DNA from: Eledone cirrhosa
Taxonomy: Eukaryota
Assembly: GCA_964016885.1 (NCBI GenBank)
Contig: OZ024745.1
Location: 58,714,001-58,778,000, forward strand
Length of the DNA: 64,000 bases
Reading direction: 5' to 3'
A program made the position numbers and the translations under genes. Of this stretch, positions 57,341 through 64,000 are shown in pieces. The notes below the pieces were generated by a model. The model made no database searches and was not told the DNA's origin. It saw only the letters and a list, made by a program, of their open reading frames with translations. Every line of letters begins with the position of its first letter. The stretch's first letter is position 1.

Positions 57341-58955
57341 ATATATATATATATATAATTTTTATGCGAATGTATATATGTGAAATTATTATCTATGTTT
57401 GTTTATATGTTTATACCAAAGTATGCATGTTTCTGTATATTCATGAATGAGTGACTTATTATTCTGCACCTTCTTTGTTTTCATGCTTTACTGCTTGTCT
57501 ATGACTACCGGTTTCTTGATGCAGCTATTCTATATCCTTGCCTACCATATGTGTACCATGTATGCAATGAATGATGGCGTTTGTTATCTTTCATCCGGCT
57601 GTCAATAAAATAATTGCAACAGTGACGTATGAAAACTGTTTATCTGTTATTATACATGCTGTTGGGTGTTGATTTAAGAAGTGATTACAAGCAAACAGGC
57701 AAATCGGTTGTAAAAAACAAACACTATAGATATGGTTGGTAACGTTATCTACGATGATACTTTTATTATTCACGATGCAGTTTTAGTTTCAATGGTGGTA
57801 GATTAATAGAATTGGTAGAAAGTCAAACAAAATGTTTAACGGCATTTAGTTACGACTTTCACCGTTTTGAGTTCAAATACTGCCGAAGTCAACTTTGCCT
57901 TTCACCCTTCCGAGGTTGATAAATTAACGTACATCGGCATAAATCTAAATCTGTCGGATTTATAGAGAATATAACAGAAACAACCTTGAAAAGTCGGAGA
58001 ATTAGTAGAAAATAGAGAGGATGACAAAACTGAAGAGGAATTGGACAGATGAAATCCACAGCAATATCATCGAAGGCGAAAGTTCTAGAATCCGAAAGAA
58101 ACACAAAATCAAAAGAGTTGAGTATAGGAAACAATTCAGCCACCTAACCAACAACCAGAGCAATAAAAACAAGAATAACAGCAACAACATCAAAAACAGC
58201 AGAAAACAACAACAAAAGGAGCTGCCTAACTCACAGCAGCCAGTCTTTCTGTTGACCACTAGCAGCTGGTCTCTCTCCTCTGAGGCATTTTTGCCCATCG
58301 CTGTCATTGACAGCATTTAGCTCTTTTAACGGTTGTTCTAGCGATAAGTTTTCTCATTTGTATATGTATTCAAATACACTTTCGCTTCGTCTTGATCAGA
58401 GACGACATTGTATTTTCATTTAACTTTATCATAACTATTATTAGCTTTCTATTTAGGACAGGCACCATAGCTTGAGGTCCACTATCCCATTATATTCTTA
58501 TCCTGGATAAGAACATTCCAAACCTTTCACATTAACGAAACTATATGTTGTCAGAACACAAAAATATACTTTCAAATAAACATTTATCGGATATGGTAAA
58601 TTTTGTGACACACGTAAAGATTACCTCCGACATTTTGGAACCCCTGTCTTAGATTTATTAAGCATTGTGCTACAGAGTAGTGTTCTCTATAGGAAAAATA
58701 AAACCGTCCCCGCCTCGCAAGAAATTCATTGTTACTTTTGTATGAATATACTTTTGCTGTGAATATATATAAAAGAAAACCTTATATATATATGAGGAAC
58801 ATCAGAAGGCTAAAAAACAATCTTTTCAATAAGAAGCAAGGAAACTGCATAGAAATTATAATCTCTTTATATTTACCTTACATAAGGTTAACGTAACATC
58901 ATACTACGCAGAAAAAATACAATGTACAATAGGTCCAACAACAATTAGAATAAAA

Positions 58956-59060
58956 ATAATTGTTTCTACTTTTGGCACAAGGCCAGCAATTATCCCAGTA
59001 CATTACTGGTACTTTATTTTATCGACCCCGTAAGGATGAAAGGCAAAGTAAACCTCGGCG
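58956..59060 (-). mobile_element. 5'-truncated major-family SINE
   Basis: Core and 3' end only; TSD GAATAAAAATAAT. Confidence 0.85.
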
Positions 59061-60103
59061 AATAAAAATAATGGAAGGTAACGTGTGTGTTTGTTTTGGT
59101 GTTAGAATTAATAAAGTTTGTAACGCAACGTTACTACGTAGAAAAGAAAATTATTAAGTAAATCCAATACTTTCTTTTATCAGCTACAGGTTGTATGAAT
59201 AATATTTAGATGCTATTTCTAGACGTCGATCGAACTACCACATAGAATCTCCTACATTGATTAAGACTCTCTCACTGAATTTGTTGTAATGATGAAGGTA
59301 GGATCTTTCTAGAGGTGTTATGGACAGAATAGGGAATTCTTTTAGTCTTCAGTGACTTCGGTTATTATAAAGTTGTCTGTTATTATGTTTTCACGAAATA
59401 AATCAAAGAGAGTGGCTGCTACATGCCTGCTCAATCTGCTAGAAATTGCAACCAGATTTCCCTCAAAGTACACCCCCCCCCCCCCACTGCTTTAAAAGGG
59501 AACGACGGGTCGAATAATTAATTCAGTCATAGATACATTATGTCTACCAAAATGACGGCATGATAATAGCTAGAATACCTTTCATCTTAGATCTGTTCAG
59601 TCAGGGACATCTTGTGGATAGACAGGAATATCAGAAACAACAACAACAACAACGTCACAAGACAAAAATTGTGATGACGTCATAAAAAGTCAAATTTGCT
59701 ATCAGCGACGTTACATTCTAGACAGGAAATATGTAGATTTGACGATTGTATTTATGTGTTCACATAATGATATCACCATATTGGTTGATGCTACTGTTGT
59801 TATCGATGCTATTGGTGTTACTTATGTTGTTGCTGTTACATAGCTTCGGTCAACTACCCTCGGTCAGATCTGTTACTGCACCTACACAAACGAACGCCTA
59901 GGAAGATTGTAGATTTGTCCTATATATATCTGAGAAAGGAGAGTAGCGCCTTTCTACCATTCCCAGTTGGGTAAAGTTTATGCAGTTAATCTTCTTTTAG
60001 ACGTTTTGATGATTAGCCGACTGGAAGAAATATATATGTCAAAGAAAATGTTATATATGTCATTTGCATATATATTTAATACGAATGTATGTATGTATGT
60101 ATG

Positions 60104-60624
60104 TTATCTCTTTCTCTTAATTTCGAGTATATTTTCTTTTGACCGGCCACCTTCCTGGTGGCAAGGTTGTAAAAGAAAAGAAATTGTCATCCCTTGAATC
60201 GCAAGAATGTTTTGCAAATTTTGAAGGTACCAGCTATCGCAGCCATTTGTAGACTATGTATTAGGGAGCTGCGCTCTTTGTCCGCAAATACAAGTTCAGT
60301 CATACTTTGGTCCAAGCGTATATAACCTGTAGCTCCAATAATGATGGGTATGAAGCTAAAGGTGTATCTTGGATACTGGATTTGTAAACTCCTCATCAAT
60401 GGTCCGTAGATGTCCTCCTTCTCCTGTATTTTTCTGACAACGTTTACATCAAGTTGGCAGCTGATCTCCACAACAGAACACGTTTTCAATGTGTGGTCCC
60501 AAACAACAATATCAGGCCGGTTGTGCTTTAATTTGGTGGCAGTTTTTATTTCCAGGTTCCACCAGTATTCCTTAGTGCCATCTGTCTCAATATATTCTTC
60601 CTCGTTTGTTGTTAATTTTGTTTT
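60104..60624 (-). mobile_element. 3' end of an R4/Dong-like RLE non-LTR retrotransposon within (TATG)n
   Basis: Frame extends upstream of the listed ORF: YWWNLEIKTATKLKHNRPDIVVWDHTLKTCSVVEISC..D.N..KIQEKEDIY..L..PIIIGATG. (TATG)n at 60087-60103 and 60625-60703. Confidence 0.8.
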
Positions 60625-60703
60625 ATGTATGTATGTATGTATGTATGTATGTATGTATGTATGTATGTATGTATGTATGTATGTATGTATGTATGTATGT
60701 ATG

Positions 60704-61384
60704 TCAGGTCACCAGTTGGTGCTACTGGTAACATGTCTCCCAGTACAACCTGTCTCATGGTCGGGTCGTTGGCGACTAAACTGGCAACCCCACCAAGGTT
60801 TCTTGGTGAGGAGGGTGACTTTGGACATCCTGCAGGACTAAAAACAAAACCTGTCAAAGGGCAAAGGAGCCCTTAAGAGTCAATGGCCATCCAAAATCCC
60901 CGGGAGAGATGACCCCTTAGCCTTTGTCAAGGCAGAATTCTAGGAGAAGGAAAACTGATATAACACCTGCAACCCTGATGGTATCCAATGATGTTGACTT
61001 GTTCTTCTTTTTGGTAAATATCATCTTGGTTAAGAGAGTGGGACTGGCTTTGTGCAGTGCCTTTGCTCACTATAAAAGCTTCACGGCACAGGCATTGCTT
61101 TATATCTGGAGATCTCTCTGCACTTGTCGTTACATGGTACCATGGGCCCAGCACTATGTGTCAATAAGTGTAGTGTTTGTACCAGAGTTTTCAAGTCGCT
61201 GGCTGGACTAAAAAGTCACACTCGTTCAGCGCATCAGTAAGGGTTCTCCTACATGGATATAAAGTAGTGGCCGTACTCGAAAACGACTTGGCAGCCACCA
61301 TGTATGTATGTATGTATGTATGTATGTATGTATGTATGTATGTATGTATGTATGTATGTATGTATGTATGTATGTATGTATGTA
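60704..61384 (+). mobile_element. Short internally deleted RTE derivative (5' UTR plus terminal C2H2 finger plus (TGTA)n tail)
   Basis: RTE 5'-UTR-like CTAGGAGAAGGAAAACT at about 60940. 61163-61240 translates NKCSVCTRVFKSLAGLKSHTRSAHQ*. 3' stem-loop, then (TGTA)n. Confidence 0.65.
60729..60784 (+). ncRNA. Degenerate HDV-like ribozyme
   Basis: P1 CATG/CATG(GTC), P2 CCAGT/ACTGG, P3 ACA/TCT (one mismatch), L3 ACCTG pairing with GG (P1.1), P4 TCG-TTGG-CGA, J4/2 CTAA. Confidence 0.5.
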
Positions 61385-61391
61385 TTATGTA

Positions 61392-61645
61392 TTACGATGT
61401 TCAGAGAATGGCATTGGCCCCGTGCAAAGCCTTTCCTCATTAAAAAAAAAGCTTCAAGTAACAATTGATATGTGACATTTTTTGGCGATGCATGGCATGG
61501 CTGGCCATAGGCAAGTCCTTAGCATGACTAAAATTCCACATCCGTGATGCACATGCTTAAGTATCAAGTGATGGAATTACTCGAAATCGAGATGTAGTCA
61601 TCATCATGTATGTATGTATGTATGTATGTATGTATGTATGTATGC
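61392..61645 (+). mobile_element. Second, more decayed RTE 3' end with (TGTA)n tail
   Basis: KSLA*LKFHIRDAHA* parallels the finger at 61163; 3' UTR CTCGAAATCGAG resembles CTCGAAAACGAC. Confidence 0.6.
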
Positions 61646-62307
61646 ATGTATGTATACATATATGAAGGCATGCATGCATGTATGTATATATGTATGTATA
61701 TATGTATGTGTATGTGTGTATGTATGCACGTATGTATGTATGTATGTATGTATGTATGTATATATGTGTGTCTGCATGTGTGTGTATATTATGCATGTAT
61801 GTATTATTTATTACATTACTGTAAGAATGTCATATTGGTTACAGATGTTTCACTAATCGATAAAATCAAGACATATAACTCTTAGATATTCAGACTCCAT
61901 CATTTGCAATTAGGTTCGTAAATGCAAATGGCGGTGGAGTTTAAAGACATGAGAGCTATATATCTTGATATCCCATCTAGTGAGACAATTTTAGCCAATA
62001 TGCCAATCTTGCAGCAGTGTAATAGATTATATATATTATAAGCACTTCTCATAGATTAAGTGCTTTCTCACTTTTGTGTATCCTATATACAAGTACAATA
62101 TACATATTTATATACACGAGACTCCGCTGAAAGGTTCATAGACTGGCTATGATGGAGTGATGCTAGAGCTGTGAAATCTTGCATGCATTAATATCAACGC
62201 TTCTTATTAATGACTGCATTGTTTGTTCCCAGAAACTATGTTGAAAAATAAACCTCATTTGGTCATTCCATGAAAGCATATGAATTTTTTTCAACCGACG
62301 CGCGCGC

Positions 62308-62384
<77 letters not shown>

Positions 62385-62524
62385 AATCCGTAGATGAATG
62401 ATCAGGAAAAAACGGTGCTCAATCTGTTGCAAGAGAACTTATTTAGTATAAACAAACTTTCATACACGTAACATATATATATATATATATATATGAGTGT
62501 GTATATATATATATATATATATAT

Positions 62525-62581
<57 letters not shown>

Positions 62582-62587
<6 letters not shown>

Positions 62588-62770
62588 TCACGAGTTGTGT
62601 CGGGGAGTTAAGCACACTTAAAATAGTACTCAATACATTGGTAGAGTATAGGCATTTTTTTTTATTTTATATAGAAATGACTTCTACAGGACTAGAACCG
62701 TACTAGAACCGTTTCCTGATAATTTCCTACAAATGAAACAGTTCTAGTTCTGTAGAAGACATTTCTATAA
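62582..62770 (-). mobile_element. Family K miniature fold-back element
   Basis: Arms about 62670-62715 and 62735-62769. The centre reads CTGATAA-TTT-CCTAC-AAAT-GAAA-CAG-TT (hammerhead remnant). Tail on the left. Confidence 0.6.
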
Positions 62771-62779
62771 TATATATAT

Positions 62780-64000
<1,221 letters not shown>

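Noticed and set aside
61393-61430. Resemblance to U6 snRNA (ACGAT..CAGAGAA..GCAT.GGCCCC..GC.AAG)
   Set aside because: Short and gapped, lacks the U6 5' stem and 3' end, and sits in a segment that continues into an RTE C-terminal finger and tail; more likely chance.

Overview
AT-rich, microsatellite-dense eukaryotic DNA; the SINE families and (TA)n density suggest a cephalopod (Octopus-like) genome, which is inference. No intact host gene is recognisable, and nearly all long ORFs in the track are microsatellite translations. The window is a retroelement graveyard. It contains the 3' end of a CRE-type RLE LINE, RTE LINE fragments, an R4/Dong-like RLE fragment, about 25 tRNA-derived SINEs and at least four different RT/GIY-YIG Penelope-like element (PLE) lineages. 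The dominant hidden structure is a set of more than 15 fold-back (inverted-repeat) insertions from about ten PLE-pLTR families, nearly all within (TA)n arrays. Most carry a minimal type I hammerhead ribozyme (HHR) motif, a family-fixed TA breakpoint and an unpaired 'tail'. Their inversion junctions repeatedly fall on the ribozyme, one exactly at the predicted cleavage site. A separate (TGTA)n cluster holds a short, internally deleted RTE derivative with a degenerate HDV-like ribozyme. All motifs were read by eye and none was computationally validated.
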